Assembly (NCBI RefSeq): GCF_000150275.1
Contig: NW_002060958.1
Location: 752,272 to 816,271 of the forward strand
DNA: 64,000 nucleotides
Reading direction: 5' to 3'
Origin: Trichoplax adhaerens
Taxonomy: Eukaryota; Animalia; Placozoa
Below the pieces are notes generated by a model that had not been told where the DNA came from, did no database searches, and saw only the letters and a program-made list of their open reading frames with translations. Within the stretch, counting starts at the first letter, position 1; each line of letters starts with the position of its first letter. Positions 12,623 through 25,574 of this stretch are shown piece after piece. The position numbers and the translations under genes are program-made.

Positions 12623-13729
12623 ATGGAAGAGAATAGTTTATCAACGGCATTTTCTGATTTGAAGACTTATAATTCATGTAACAGATCGTGGAACGGTAAT
12701 TCCGAAGCTTTCGGAAATTTTATATATTTACCTTTATCCGTTATTGCTATGGCTACTTTGATATGTCTGATGAATGTCTTGATGCTATTACTGGTTCTTG
12801 CCAGCAAGAAATTAAGAACTTTATCCAATGCTGTCTTTTGTAGCAGCTGTTGCTGTGGTATCCTTATTGCATTCACCTTAATGGCTATTTCCCTTACTGG
12901 TAATTTTGCTCTTGAACCACTGAAAACAAAAATTCTTGGTTGTGCTTTAGATTCCCCAACTCAAGTTACACTTGTTTGCATTTTCAATACACATATTTCT
13001 CTTATGACTTGTGAAAGATGTTATTCAGTTATTTTTCCATTTAGATATAGACGTTTGGCTACGAAAAGGAATATTATCGTAATACTACTTCTAGCATGGA
13101 TTATACCAATTTGTTTAATCTACATAGTGGCAATGTTAAGTTCAAGAATTTATTTTCAAGATTGCACTAGCTGGGCCAAAATAGTAAATGTTAAAGTATT
13201 CATTACATTTATAGCGTCCCCAATAATTTTTCTGTTCCCAATTGCTTTCACTCTTACTGCTTATATTATTATTATCAGCAAGATTTACTCGCTCGAGCGC
13301 AAAGTTACGCGTATTAACGGCATCGATTCTAAGTGTTATTCAAGACGAACTTACTTGATGGTGAAAAATAAAAAAGCTATTCTCCAAATGGTACTTTTAT
13401 TAAGCATCTATATAATATGTTTATTTCCATTTTGTATAATTTATGTCGAGCTAGTGCCAACAACTGTTAAGTACGGGTTCATATCTAAAATAACTTATTA
13501 TCTGGCGACGACTTATTATTTTATTCATCCACTGTTGGTAGCTTTCTTTACCGCTCCAATTAAGGAAGAAATCGTAAAGCTATGGCAACGGTATTGTTAT
13601 TGCGCTGACTTTCTACAGCAACTTTGCAATAGACCAAAGATAATCCGTATCAACAGTAACACTTCTAATGCAAGTCGAGAATATATAGCAAATTCGATTG
13701 ATAAATTTAGTTTTCAGAAAAATTGCTGA
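12623..13729 (+). CDS. Intronless class A GPCR, member 2 (368 aa, Q3.32 subtype)
   Basis: 7TM; TCERCYSVIFPFRY, DCTSW, KAILQM, IHPLLV, APIKEEI; clear paralog of the other members. Confidence 0.93.
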   Translation: MEENSLSTAFSDLKTYNSCNRSWNGNSEAFGNFIYLPLSVIAMATLICLMNVLMLLLVLASKKLRTLSNAVFCSSCCCGILIAFTLMAISLTGNFALEPLKTKILGCALDSPTQVTLVCIFNTHISLMTCERCYSVIFPFRYRRLATKRNIIVILLLAWIIPICLIYIVAMLSSRIYFQDCTSWAKIVNVKVFITFIASPIIFLFPIAFTLTAYIIIISKIYSLERKVTRINGIDSKCYSRRTYLMVKNKKAILQMVLLLSIYIICLFPFCIIYVELVPTTVKYGFISKITYYLATTYYFIHPLLVAFFTAPIKEEIVKLWQRYCYCADFLQQLCNRPKIIRINSNTSNASREYIANSIDKFSFQKNC

Positions 13730-14440
13730 TCAAAGTGCCTGAACGTTCCTATATCTTATTAAGTACTTAGAGGTTCCTTATTTTTAATCGCTTATTTATT
13801 CAATATACACTTATATACGTATATATTTCATACCAAAATGAGAACCATTTTTCATCACTCAATGGTATTGGTAAAATAGAAGGTAAACTCTTAAGTGACG
13901 ATACAGCAATTGAGTATTACTTATTTTATGCTAGAACCTATTTTAGTTGTGATTAAAACTGTGCAAGACAAGGTATCATATTCATTTCGTTATGTTTATA
14001 ATTTAGAATATGAAAGGTAAATAGTGCATTAAATAGTCTCTATTACAGTAATTATTTATTTTTCGAATTATGTTTGAAAAAACTTATTGACCTATTCCAA
14101 GTTATTGTGTCTCACTAGGTATATCAATTAGAGTAAGTCTATTATAAGAAATATCTAAGTAAGATCTTAAATTGACCATCAGCAATCTAGTAGAATTAGC
14201 AATTCACAAATTTGCTATAAATTATAAATACTTTGTAGAGATACAACAAAAGATTACGTCTTATTAATTGCGAGGGCTTATACATGAAACTAGACTATCG
14301 ATTGCCGATGGCTCTTAAATCTAAATTAAAGTGATGAGCATATCAACCGAAATAAGTTCTCGAGTTAAACCATAACGATTTTAATAAAGAAAAATCTTTA
14401 CAAATTTTTCTTGACTTCTGTTGTAATGGCAGACATATGC

Positions 14441-15070
14441 TGTCACAAAACAGCTTTGCAACAAGATAAGGTAATGTACGATCAATAAGTCAATTCCTTG
14501 AACCACGTATCAAGGAACGATATCTGCACTACCACAAACACTTTTGCTCTACTAGTAGACTACACAAAGACTTAGACGCCTCGTATTTTATGCTAAACAC
14601 TAAGTTTAAGAATCCTCTTTATTACACGATATACTGCATTTATATACTCTTCCTCAATAGTTCATCAGTCCTAGTTGGTACGATTACCTTTGGAATCACT
14701 TACAGAATTAGATATTAATTTTAGCTACTGCTCCCTTAATGCAGACAACAGTATTTACGAACATAGACATCTGATAACTAATACAGAATAGTCAGATTAC
14801 GATATATCCTATCACGAAACGTTTCCACGATAACTTACAATCAACCATAAGTAAGTTACAATCACAATGATTTGAACTGTAAGTAGATGATTTGCATTCC
14901 CTATTATAACTATTAATTTCAGTATGTGTATATGTGTCACTGTCATAAAAAGTCAGTGCTACATTAAAATACAGTATATCCAAATTAGAAGTGAACTAAA
15001 TAAGGATAGGCTAACAGAATTATCCTAATATAGATATTTCTACTCTAATACAGTATATAACACTGTCACA
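14441..15070 (-). mobile_element. Solo-LTR-like element, family B (630 bp)
   Basis: TGTCACAAAACAGC...CTGTCACA; TSD TATGC; colinear with 39720-40348. Confidence 0.9.
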
Positions 15071-15795
15071 TATGCATATATATATATATTAAATTTTTTA
15101 TAGCTTCGATTTATCATACTAATGAGGACTAACGTTAGTTAGAATGCTAACATCGCCATTTTGAAATAGCTTAGTGTCACAAAACAGCTTTCGTGATCGA
15201 ACCTAAACTAGTCTATCTACTCTATTTAATCACTGACTAACTCCAGGATGTATTCTATTCGGAAACTGAACTTTTCCAATAGTAGAGAATCGAGGTAGAT
15301 GATAGAAGTTTAGGCTATTTATATTTCATTTACTAGTAGCAATATCATAAATTAGTATAGGAGAACTGTAAGCCAGTCTTAGTAAATTTGATACGAAACA
15401 CTCTTCAACAATAGTTTTAATCACACGACTTGATTTCTTAACCTTAAATCTCTCAGCAAAACTAAAGATCGTAAATATTAGCTATTTGTAAACAAGAAGC
15501 ATCAAGCTCTTTAACACATAAATTTATAGATTTAGAATAAAGCATAGATTCGTTCTAATTCGCTATCATTTGAGTTCATTCTCTACGGTAATAATATACA
15601 ATTCTTCGTGCAGCCAACATATAATTCACCGATAATTCCAGCGGTAATTTATCGACGTTGCATCATCAAATATTAGCGGTTATTAAGTAACGGCATACTA
15701 TAAAATTATCAACAAGGACAGTAAAAGTGATTCTCAGTTTATCTTAATTTAAGGAGGAATATCTTATTATTTTTAACTCTTTACCAAAGTCTTCG

Positions 15796-16320
15796 TGTAA
15801 TGGTACACCCATATTTGATTACATTGATAACTATATTTGATTGCATTGGTAGCTATATTTGATATAGTCTGGTTCTAAGAAATTGATATTGACTAATAAT
15901 ATTAGACAGTTGACTAATTATAGTACAAGATTAATGTGACTAGAAATACTATAATTGCGAAGATGCGAAACACCGAAAGGTGTTGAACATTAATAGAAGA
16001 GTAGAGATACGTTAAGCAGATTGATTCGGATTATAGAAGATAATAATGATCTATTTGAGGAAAGTATTCTATTCAATGATTCAAGTCTCTTTGTAGCTAA
16101 TTATGTTTTCATAAATGGATTTCACGAAATATATTTAGAACTGCATAGATGAGCGCACATGAGAGATTTCACATTACTTGGAGCTTGGAATGCTTCAATC
16201 TTTAGACTAGATTCTTGCAGAAATCAATTATTGCTCTACCATTCCTACATTTCATAACAAAAGGACTTTTAGAAAATTGCATTTGACTAAGACAGTTATT
16301 TTTTAGATACTTTTATCACA
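15796..16320 (+). mobile_element. Solo-LTR-like element, family G
   Basis: TGTAAT...ATCACA; colinear with 61410-61999. Confidence 0.72.
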
Positions 16321-17126
16321 TTAAGTTTCATCAAGTTACCATAGCTAAATATAATATACAATATAATTATTCAAGAAGTGAGTCTTGTCACATAATCAAA
16401 ATTCTTTGGCAATTCCAATAACAGCAAACTATTCTGTAACATAAGATTATTTATCATAGACGACGCATGAAAACAAAAAATACTTTGATAGTGTGCTGAT
16501 TCAGTCCTGATTATGGGGGAAGCGTGCGGATGGATATTCTGAGTCAGCGACAGATTAATTTCTTCACGGCGTATGCGAGCAAATGTTTTCTTTATTTTCC
16601 TTTAACTCAGAACGAGAGCAAGAATCTATCTACTATGCTTCTCTCCTAATCTCGTGGAGAAAAACTCTCCTTAAATACTAAAAACCATTGGTACAAATAC
16701 CGATACCTTTATCTTAACATTTAAGAATTGTAACACTCTTGCAATACCATATCACGAATACATCTTATAACTACCTTATAAACTTTCCAGTAATATCGTT
16801 GATATGTTACCGTACTTTCAAGATAACGTGCTAAACGAACTTGTGCATTTCTATAGGTATCAACCTTTAATAACAATATTATCTGTTAGCAGTTTATCTC
16901 GTAGTCGCGACAGATAGCAAGGATAATCGTATCTGGGCTAACTAACATATTAAATAACTGGTTTGTTTCTAGTAATTTATTTAGGATTCATACATCGTAA
17001 AAATAAGAAAACAGATACTTTAAAATATTAATACCCTAGTTTTGGCCAAATTTATATGTCTTTCGTCACATTATAATAAATTCTGATATTTTCCTTATAA
17101 ATGAATTATCTGTACAAATCTATTCA

Positions 17127-17186
17127 TCAACATTGTACGCTGCTCATAAATACTTCACCTCAACATTGTATGTTGCTCATAAATAC
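17127..17186. repeat. Local direct duplication (27-bp core, 33-bp period)
   Basis: TCAACATTGTACGCTGCTCATAAATAC / TCAACATTGTATGTTGCTCATAAATAC. Confidence 0.8.
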
Positions 17187-18939
17187 CTGCCTACCATACA
17201 AAATGACACCATAAGTGATTCTAACCAAATTATCCAAAATAAAATAATCGAACTTGTATAAATCAGAGCTGATGATACAAATAACAATGAAGGCTTATCA
17301 TTTAGTGTTGTAAGAAAATTGGCTAGAAACTTTGCAAATTGATTATGCTTATGCAAACTGACTAGGCATTTTGCAAATCGCAAAATATTTCTCTTACAAA
17401 TCCTCATCTTAGTTACATATTATGTCATTATCAAAAAGATTTTACGAATGCAATGATTTATTCCTTAATCATTCATAGTCGTAATTATGAGTAAATTGCT
17501 CCTTGTCGTCTTATGTAGGCATCAGGTACAGTAGTATATATCGAAAGTGAATGACATTCTAAAATAATGACTACAAACAGTAACACCTAAAATTTAAAGC
17601 CTTTAAATTATGTAAATAAAATGCGGTCAATATTAAAGCTTTCATTGTAATATGGGCAAATAAAGTATAGTCAATGTAAGTTTTAACAAGATTTAAAAGA
17701 TATTGATTCGCGTCGTCATAAAGGCTTACTTTTAAAGCTCTTTCTATGGATTCTAACGTGAACTTTATTATCCATAAAAAGTGAATGAATTGATGAGGAT
17801 AATAATTAAATTCCAAATTGTAGTAAAAAATCGTTTACAATAACCTATTTTGTTTGTGAGATAAAGTAGAGATTATGTTATTTTATCATAGAATATGTAT
17901 AGTGCAAAGCTGACGTATAAATTGGAGTTTTAGTCCTTAGATATTAGTTTGATTTCATTTTATTACACATAATATTTTGAAGCTAGCGCTTTCAGGTATA
18001 TTTGCTATTGGCTGAATTATCAATGTAGCAGTATCGACGAAAATAGAGAATAATGTTTTCCTAGCTTGCGTGATTAATGACAGATTTTAGTAGGCTTTAG
18101 AATTAAATTAACATCGTATTTATTAGCTCCATTCTACCAAAAATTCATCAAGCAAATAAAATGCGTAGCATTTTGATGCTTTGCCAAAAAGATTCATGAT
18201 CCAGTTGTTGTAATTTGATATTATCTACAGTATATTTTGTATTCTCTGACTTAGTACTGTTACGAATATACACGGATATCATCCTACTGTACAACATAGA
18301 TAGTATAAGTTGTATAGCTGTATGGCACTTGTTATCATAAGAGAATTATATCAAGTCAGGCGATCTGACTTATCTGTAAAAAATGAATTAGTAACCGAAA
18401 GACTACATACTTATAACTCTACACATCGTGCAATCAGCATTGCAGATTTCAAAGATTCTACCGTCAAGAGACACACTCTAAGCAGCGAAGTTCTTGAGAT
18501 ATCTGTTGTGGAGAATATTAGTGGTACATAACCTCTTACATTGCTAAGAGTAATTCTAATTCTATTTGGATAGAAGTTAATAAACGTAACTTGTAAAGAT
18601 TACATAAGTATTGCTTTATCCTTGAGTCTTTACCGGAGTATCTTGACGTCACATAGATATGTTATAGAAATATTCATCCAGGGCAACAATCACAAAAGTA
18701 GGTGGAGAATCCTAACTCAGTAAGTCTCATTAGTAGAATTTTGTCACCACATCGTAATTATTTTGTCTGAGTCAGTAAATGCACGATAGGATGCGATCAC
18801 CCGTATACTCTCATCTGATCGAAAGCCACATCAATTGCTACTATAGTCCTGTATTGGAGTGAACAAATAGTCAAAAATACAGTACTGTAGTTAAATATCA
18901 ACCATATTTCTGCAGACATGATTATCTATAAAATTTTAT

Positions 18940-19620
18940 AATCTCGAACATTAGTAAATTTAGATTGCACGACATTATAACTTATTGAAATTCTACTGCT
19001 GCTACATGACAGCTCCATGCAAAACAAATTGAATAAAATTTTGGGCTTTCACTTTATGGATCTGTAGGCAATTTGCGTTTGACGTCATATTAGTGCCTTG
19101 TCAAATTTGTGAGGATTGAAAGGCATCTATTGCTAACATAATTCAATAGCTAAAATTCAAATAATCGGACTAAAGCTTACATCTATTTCAGAATGACATG
19201 ACTATAATTACACTGACAGTGTAGCCCCAAATTTACTCAAGAGTAAATTAATAAGGTCCTATAAATATATTTACGGTTAAATCTTTGATTATGAGATTAA
19301 ATTTCTTTTCTTTGAAGACATATAAAGTATGTATTGTAGTCCTTCAAAGAGACGATCATATTCGAACTTTTAGATAATGGATTGCGCTAAGGAAGCTTGC
19401 ACTATGAGGAAAATCATTGTTACACATTAATCGGAAATGATGTTGTATCTATATTTATGGGATAATAAATTTAACTTGATCATGTGATTGAACTGGCAAG
19501 ATATGGTAAAAATTACCTCGCAATCGAGTGTATCGAAATGTTAATAGATTATTGAAGATAGATAGATAGCCCTTGGTACTGCTGCATGAATTAAAGTCTT
19601 TTTACGAAAGTACCGTCCTA
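18940..19620 (+). pseudogene. Fossil class A GPCR remnant
   Basis: LVNLDCT, WAFTLWICRQFAF (19042-19080), IERHL (19115-19129), CCMN in the expected order. Confidence 0.5.
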
Positions 19621-20541
19621 CATGAAATTTCATACTGGTTCTTGCTTGAATACTTTGAAAGCACTTTATAACTATGTACCAAAATAATTATATGCTAGCC
19701 TGTAAAGCATGAAAATTAAAAAATAAATCAGCGTGGATTTCTACCTTAATTTCATTGATATTGAAGCAACCATTTTTAATCCTAGTTTTTAAATAGTGCT
19801 AAAATTTAAGCTTCATTAAAATATATTCTTTAATTATGACACATTACGCAATCAATTGTTTCTAAGTTCGTACTAGATAATTATCTTTAATTTACAAATC
19901 AATAACATCCTTCTATTCTGTAATAAAGAAAAGTTGCATTAATTTAAAAGAATGAGCACATATACTTATGAATGCATTAAACGAGTATGGGTTGAAGAAC
20001 CCTTTAGAAACTGATTTTGATTGAAATAAATAGAAACAGAATACTATTTTATAAAAGATAAAAATGATAAACAGTAGATGAAAACAGTTAAGAACTTGTT
20101 TTGTGCGATACGTCATCATATACACAACTATTCGACATATTAATCACTTATTTCATCAACTACGTGTACATTAATTGATACATCAGATTTGAACATCTGG
20201 CAAAATACGTTACATATTACAATAATCACTCTTAGTAAAGATAAGAAAAATACCAAGTAGGATCAGAAAAAATAGAAAATCGATCTAATACAACTTTAAC
20301 TGTCGACTTTAACGTCTAGTTATTTTTTTTGCTCATTAAATTCAAATCTTATGGTAGTACGTACTAATTTACTAGTCTTTAATTTAATCCATATCAGCAA
20401 ATATACATTTGGAAGGACGTAATGATATTAGATTTTTGCAAAAGAAATAAACGATACCCTAGGGACTTCTACCAAGACTTAAGGTACGCTGTTATATATC
20501 GNTAATTAGATGAAAACTGTCTAAAAATTGCATCTATCAAT

Positions 20542-20591
20542 NNNNNNNNNNNNNNNNNNNNNNNNNNNNNNNNNNNNNNNNNNNNNNNNNN
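20542..20591. other. Assembly gap (50 N)
   Basis: Run of N. Confidence 1.
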
Positions 20592-20772
20592 TAAATTTTT
20601 CACTTGAAGGTTCCTATAAGGTTTGAATTTAGCGATTTAGTATCACAATTTCTCTGGAAGACAACATAATATAGAGAAGGCAATAAATCAGTTTAAAATC
20701 GAATGATGCTAACAGATATATGCGTCTACCATTCTTACGAATTTGTTTTTTCGAACGGGTCTTAAACACTAT

Positions 20773-21209
20773 TGTCACGACTACTCGTGTCTTCAACTGA
20801 CTTAGGCGACTTATCGTAGTTAGACTAACTCTCGACTACACAAATAAGTTGCCAACGGGTGCGAGGTTTAAGGACTTTACTTTATTAAGATAAATTCTAT
20901 TAAAAGAATCTACTAAAAAGTACGTCAGAAAACTCCTAGGAATAATGATCAAGTGGATCTAAAAATGATTAAAATGGAACTGAACAGCTAATATAGTGCT
21001 CGAGTTTATATAGTCTCGGCCTCCGCCGATAGTGCATGTGTTAGTGTTTTAGACATAGCGACTTACACTGTATAGTATAGGAATTTAGATAGAAGAAGTT
21101 AACATAAATCAGTATAAGTTAACGCTAATTAACAATAATATTTATTTGTACCAATTAGAGCGTCAAGGCTCAGCTTTTTTCAGCTATTTCGAAGCTTGGC
21201 TCCGTAACA
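20773..21209 (-). mobile_element. Solo-LTR-like element, family H (single copy here)
   Basis: TGTCACG...CGTAACA inverted ends; TSD ACTAT/ACCAT; TATA and AATAAA on the minus strand. Confidence 0.65.
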
Positions 21210-21308
21210 ACCATATATACAGATTCCAAAAATTCTAACTCATAGAAATTCATTACTATTTCATTAAAAAGCCATCCAATTAGTTTACAAAGTTCCGCTA
21301 TCTTAGTG

Positions 21309-22404
21309 ATGATTCAAAATTGCACATTAGCAAATTTGACCAATGCAGAATCGCCTAACGATTCGCGGAATTGGTTTATGTACTATCATCTGTATAAAAC
21401 TCTATTTGCTGTTGCTATCGCGGCTTCATTATCTTTCATGAACTTAACAATACTACTACTTATCCTAACGCGAAAAAGGTTAAAAATCTTATCCAATGTG
21501 TTATTTTGTAATAGCTATTGCAGTAACAGTGTCTTCGCGCTAATGGTAATCGCTCTCTGTATTATTAACAATTTCATTTCTAAACTGAGGCAGATACAAA
21601 TTATTGGCTGTGCGTTCGATGCTCCAACTCAAATTACATTAGGTTGTATTTTCAATACCCATATTTCTCTTACGGCTTGCGAGCGGTGCTTTTCAGTTAT
21701 TTATCTCTTTAAATATCAACGTCTAGCAACAAAGATAAATATTTTTATAATTTTATTCTTAGTATTGACTTTACCTATAGGATTTATTTATATGGTGGCT
21801 ATGTTACGGTCATTCTAACAATCATTCCTAAGAATGGTCGATTATTCCCAGGAATGGGCGGTCATTCTTAGGAATGATTGTGGTCGTAGCTTTGGCTGTG
21901 ACCAATCTTAAGGACAAAATCATTCTTAGGAATGGTCGTAAGAGCTATACTAAGTTCACAGCTATATTTCGAAAACTGTACTGGCTGGTATGATATGCAG
22001 GGCACATACATACATATTGAGCTTGTCGCACCTTACTTAATGTTTCTTTTTCCCATCAACTCTACGGTTGCTGCATATATTATTATTTATAAAGTTCATT
22101 CTATATGGTCTAAAGTATTTCCTAAGTTAAGTGCTATAAGAGTCGGATATGGTACCAATAGAACTGACGTGATGTTAAGAAGCCAAAAAGGAATACTACA
22201 AAGGGCAACGTTTATAAGCATATATTTAATTTGCTGTTTACCACTATTTACTCTTTTCGTGAAAATAATACCTTCATATTTTAAGCATTTTGCTCTCTGG
22301 TACTACATCGCATATTATTGGCAAATATGTACTTTTTCATTCATCCAGTATTAGTAGTTTATTTCACACGTCCAATAAAGGAAGAAATCATTAAACTATT
22401 TTAA
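21309..22404 (+). pseudogene. Class A GPCR pseudogene, member 3 (Q3.32 subtype)
   Basis: ORFs 21306-21818 and 21932-22354 join in frame once a 132-bp TA-flanked insertion (21807-21938) is removed. A second 1-bp deletion near 22318 hides YYLANMYFFIHPVLVVYFTRPIKEEIIKLF*. The ICL2 Pro and W4.50 are also lost. Confidence 0.9.
21807..21938. mobile_element. 132-bp MITE (Tc1/mariner-type TA TSD) inserted in GPCR member 3
   Basis: TA|CGGTCATTCT...GGAATGGTCG|TA; four CATTCYYARGAATG-type palindromes; excision restores the GPCR frame. Confidence 0.85.
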
Positions 22405-24069
22405 AAGGACAAGAAAAATAACAACTTTCGACGTGGTATAGTAAACAATAGACCATCATAGAGCGAGAAATTACCCAGTACTGAGTTCAATTTTGTACAT
22501 GACAAAATCTTCAGAAAGCTATTCTAACAAGGTAGTCTTCCATTTGCTGAAACTATCGCCTTAAGTTTGATTTTGTATATGTGTAGTTATACTTGATGCA
22601 CTGCCAATAGCTAGAAACTTTAGACTGAATAAAATTTTAAGCTTTACCAATTATCCGAAGGTATCATACTTAAGCAATATAAAATTAACTTAAATATGAG
22701 TAAATCGACTTTCGAACAATAATTTCCATACATAAGGAACAACTATATAACAACTCTCCTATCATAATTAAAAACACAAAAATTGCCTTATTAAATAAAG
22801 CCCTCAGTTACATTACATTTTCGTAATGCATATATTATTTAGTAAAATTTATGATTATCTGATAATATTAAAGCATTAAGTTTTACTGCTTAGTCTAATG
22901 AAAAAGTAAATAATGATGGTATTTCCCAATGGAAAATGTAAGGTAACTTTTTTTGTGTTATCAAGAAGGATATAAGTTATCGATAATTTCTGATCATACT
23001 TTCAAACAATAAAATGGAGGTACCTGTTTCAGGGATAATGGTTTCCATTAATGTATCCGATTATAGAAAAGATAATTGAGATACGAGTAGATATTTCCAT
23101 CCTTATCTTTCTATTTCCTCAAAATAGTAAAGCATTATTCTAGCGATAACTTGAATGCAAGATAAGATTATCAAGACTAGAAATAGTCGCTTCTATCTGA
23201 TAACATTACTTAAGGATTGAATGGTTCATAAGTTTAATGTCCTATTTTAAATTTGAAGTTACAGAAATTTTTTAACGTTAAATATGTTTCTTCTTTTATA
23301 CATTATCTGTTCATAGCAGAATGTATAATCGCAATTCGAATAGCTTTACATGCCTTAATCTTTCAATAGTAGTGCTAGAACAACATTAAGCTTTCAAAAA
23401 TAATCCATTCTCAAAATTTTATATTAGACACATCTAGCTCTAAAGCTTCTAAATCAATTGAATTTTTTAAATAATTTATTTGTTCTACCATCTTCAAATT
23501 ACAATCTGTGTTAATGTTATAATGGCGGCTTATTCTAGGTTGAAGCAAAAGGCAAAAATAGTGGTGGATTCAATTATCTTGCCATATGTCTACGATACAC
23601 CATAATATTCTATTTACTGCACGGAATAATATCGAATCTGTGCGACCTAATCTTTAGCATATAGGGCGCCCATTTCAGCTAAGATATTCTTAGATTACAG
23701 ATAGCAAGAAAATATAAGCGATTTCGGAGTTATCAACTAAAATATTTTTCCTGTTTTGTTCTTATGAAAAGGTTTATTAGGAGGATTGCAAATCTCAAAA
23801 TTTAGTATAGCGACTGGCCCAATATGAGAGACAAATTTAGTACAATATACTATTCAGAGCTAAAATCCGTAGAATGGCGACAATGAATTGACTGATTGCC
23901 CCTATTGAATGAGTTTAAATAGCACATTTTATTGCACTTTATTATTTTCATCCAATATGTATAATAAGTAATTATAATAATCGAAATTCTAACGAAACAT
24001 CACTATCAGCTCAAGTTCTGACTGTAGTTTAAACTGAAATATCTGTATCCATGTTCTTATTTAATGCGA

Positions 24070-24700
24070 TCCTATAGTATACTACGGTAGGAAATATCTC
24101 TGATATGAAACAGGCATGCCCTTACAATTTTCTAAAAACACATTCCAGTTTTTATACTTTGGATAAATAACATGTTACAAGCTGTAGTCTGTATTAGGTA
24201 GTTGAAATTTTATAGTGTTATATGGCTATCATAGTACTATGCATTGATATAATCATAAATACTCAATCGTTGTAAAAACGTTAATCACTTCGGCGGTTCT
24301 AACTCTCACATGTTTAGCCCAGCCTTGTAACACGCGTAATCGCCGCTTAAACAACCTCTTCTACTTACATCGCCAATATTATCCTTTTCTCTGTTTCCTA
24401 CATCATTACTACCCTAATACTATCATAGCTACAGCAGATTTATCTACAGAATTAGTAGATCTTAAAACTTAAAACACTAAGTAATGATCCCTGTAGTAAT
24501 TTTTTTCATGATATTTATTGAAAATTGCGATTCATAACCGAAAAATTGTTATTTTCACACTTAATCTAACAATTAAGACATTGTAAATATGCCCTATCAA
24601 TTCCTTTTAAGCATTTAGTATAAAGTCAATTCACTTAAGTATGTAATCTACAACTTGGTAGGATATATTTCTTATACAATAGAATAAGATATATATTTTG
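24070..24700 (+). pseudogene. Possible fossil class A GPCR remnant
   Basis: TTVGNI, YFG*ITCYKL, VIWLS, LLP...SYS, MPYQF in order, across frameshifts. Confidence 0.35.
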
Positions 24701-25574
24701 AACGAACGCCAGCTACTTGAAAATCTTATACAGGTCAATGTATGGACAAATAGAATAAGACAATCATTCACCGATTTGCTCTTAGTAATTCATTTTAAAA
24801 CCTTATTTGCACATTAGAATTTAATAGAAAACACTGAATTAAGTTTAGTAAACAATTCCTTTTATATTTAATTTAGAATTTGCTAGTCTGCGTCACAATT
24901 ATGATGTAAATAATTCATGGAATACTATCATTTACATCATCAAATTTTTATTCTCCTAAATATCGAGTTCAAAACATCTGGCTCTTAACAAAATATTATT
25001 GAAAAATTTATTGAGCCATTCAAAATGAAGCCAAACAGAAAACAATCAAATTTATAAATTCTTAGCCGAAATTGCCCATAATTAACTTTAATTATTGTAA
25101 TACTTACAATAAGATCGAATTTTATTTTTAATTTATTTATCTTCAATTCTCTTAATGAATATAAAATGATATAATAAAATAGTGATATTATGCTTATTTG
25201 GTCAATGTAAATAATGTCAGGCGCTTATAGGATATGGCATTTATAACTGTCAATTAAAAAATAAAATTAAATCTTAAAATAGTTTTCACTATTCTAATTT
25301 TCAATGTATTATAGATATCGTTGAAGCTACCTTACATGAACACCGTACAATATGCATAGATATGTATCTGGCTATAAGCTGTTTGCCTGAATTTTAATAT
25401 CGAAAAAAGAAGTTACCACGTTCTTATATAATCGAACAGTCCATATTACTAGCGATTTTCCTGGATAGACGGTCTAAATTTAGCGCTATTCTTGATCTGA
25501 CAGTTGATCATAACCTACGAAAAGTTATGATGTACATGATTTACTTAAAGTACACACTCCTCTAATTTATCATT

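Noticed and set aside
14792-14983. 63-aa ORF repeated at 40070-40261
   Set aside because: The similarity comes from lying in two family B copies; non-ATG start; interrupted in the third copy
15175-15200. Isolated TGTCACAAAACAGCTTTCGTGA family A/B-like terminus
   Set aside because: Similarity stops after ~22 bp; no matching end or TSD found
18258-18881. Further single-copy LTR-like segments (also ~3660-3890, 28892-29245, ~48170-48480)
   Set aside because: Suggestive termini or TATA/AATAAA signals, but ambiguous boundaries and no second copy in the window
21807-21938. CRISPR-like array of palindromic repeats
   Set aside because: Irregular 5-45 bp spacing, eukaryotic context, no cas genes, and a TA TSD indicate a MITE
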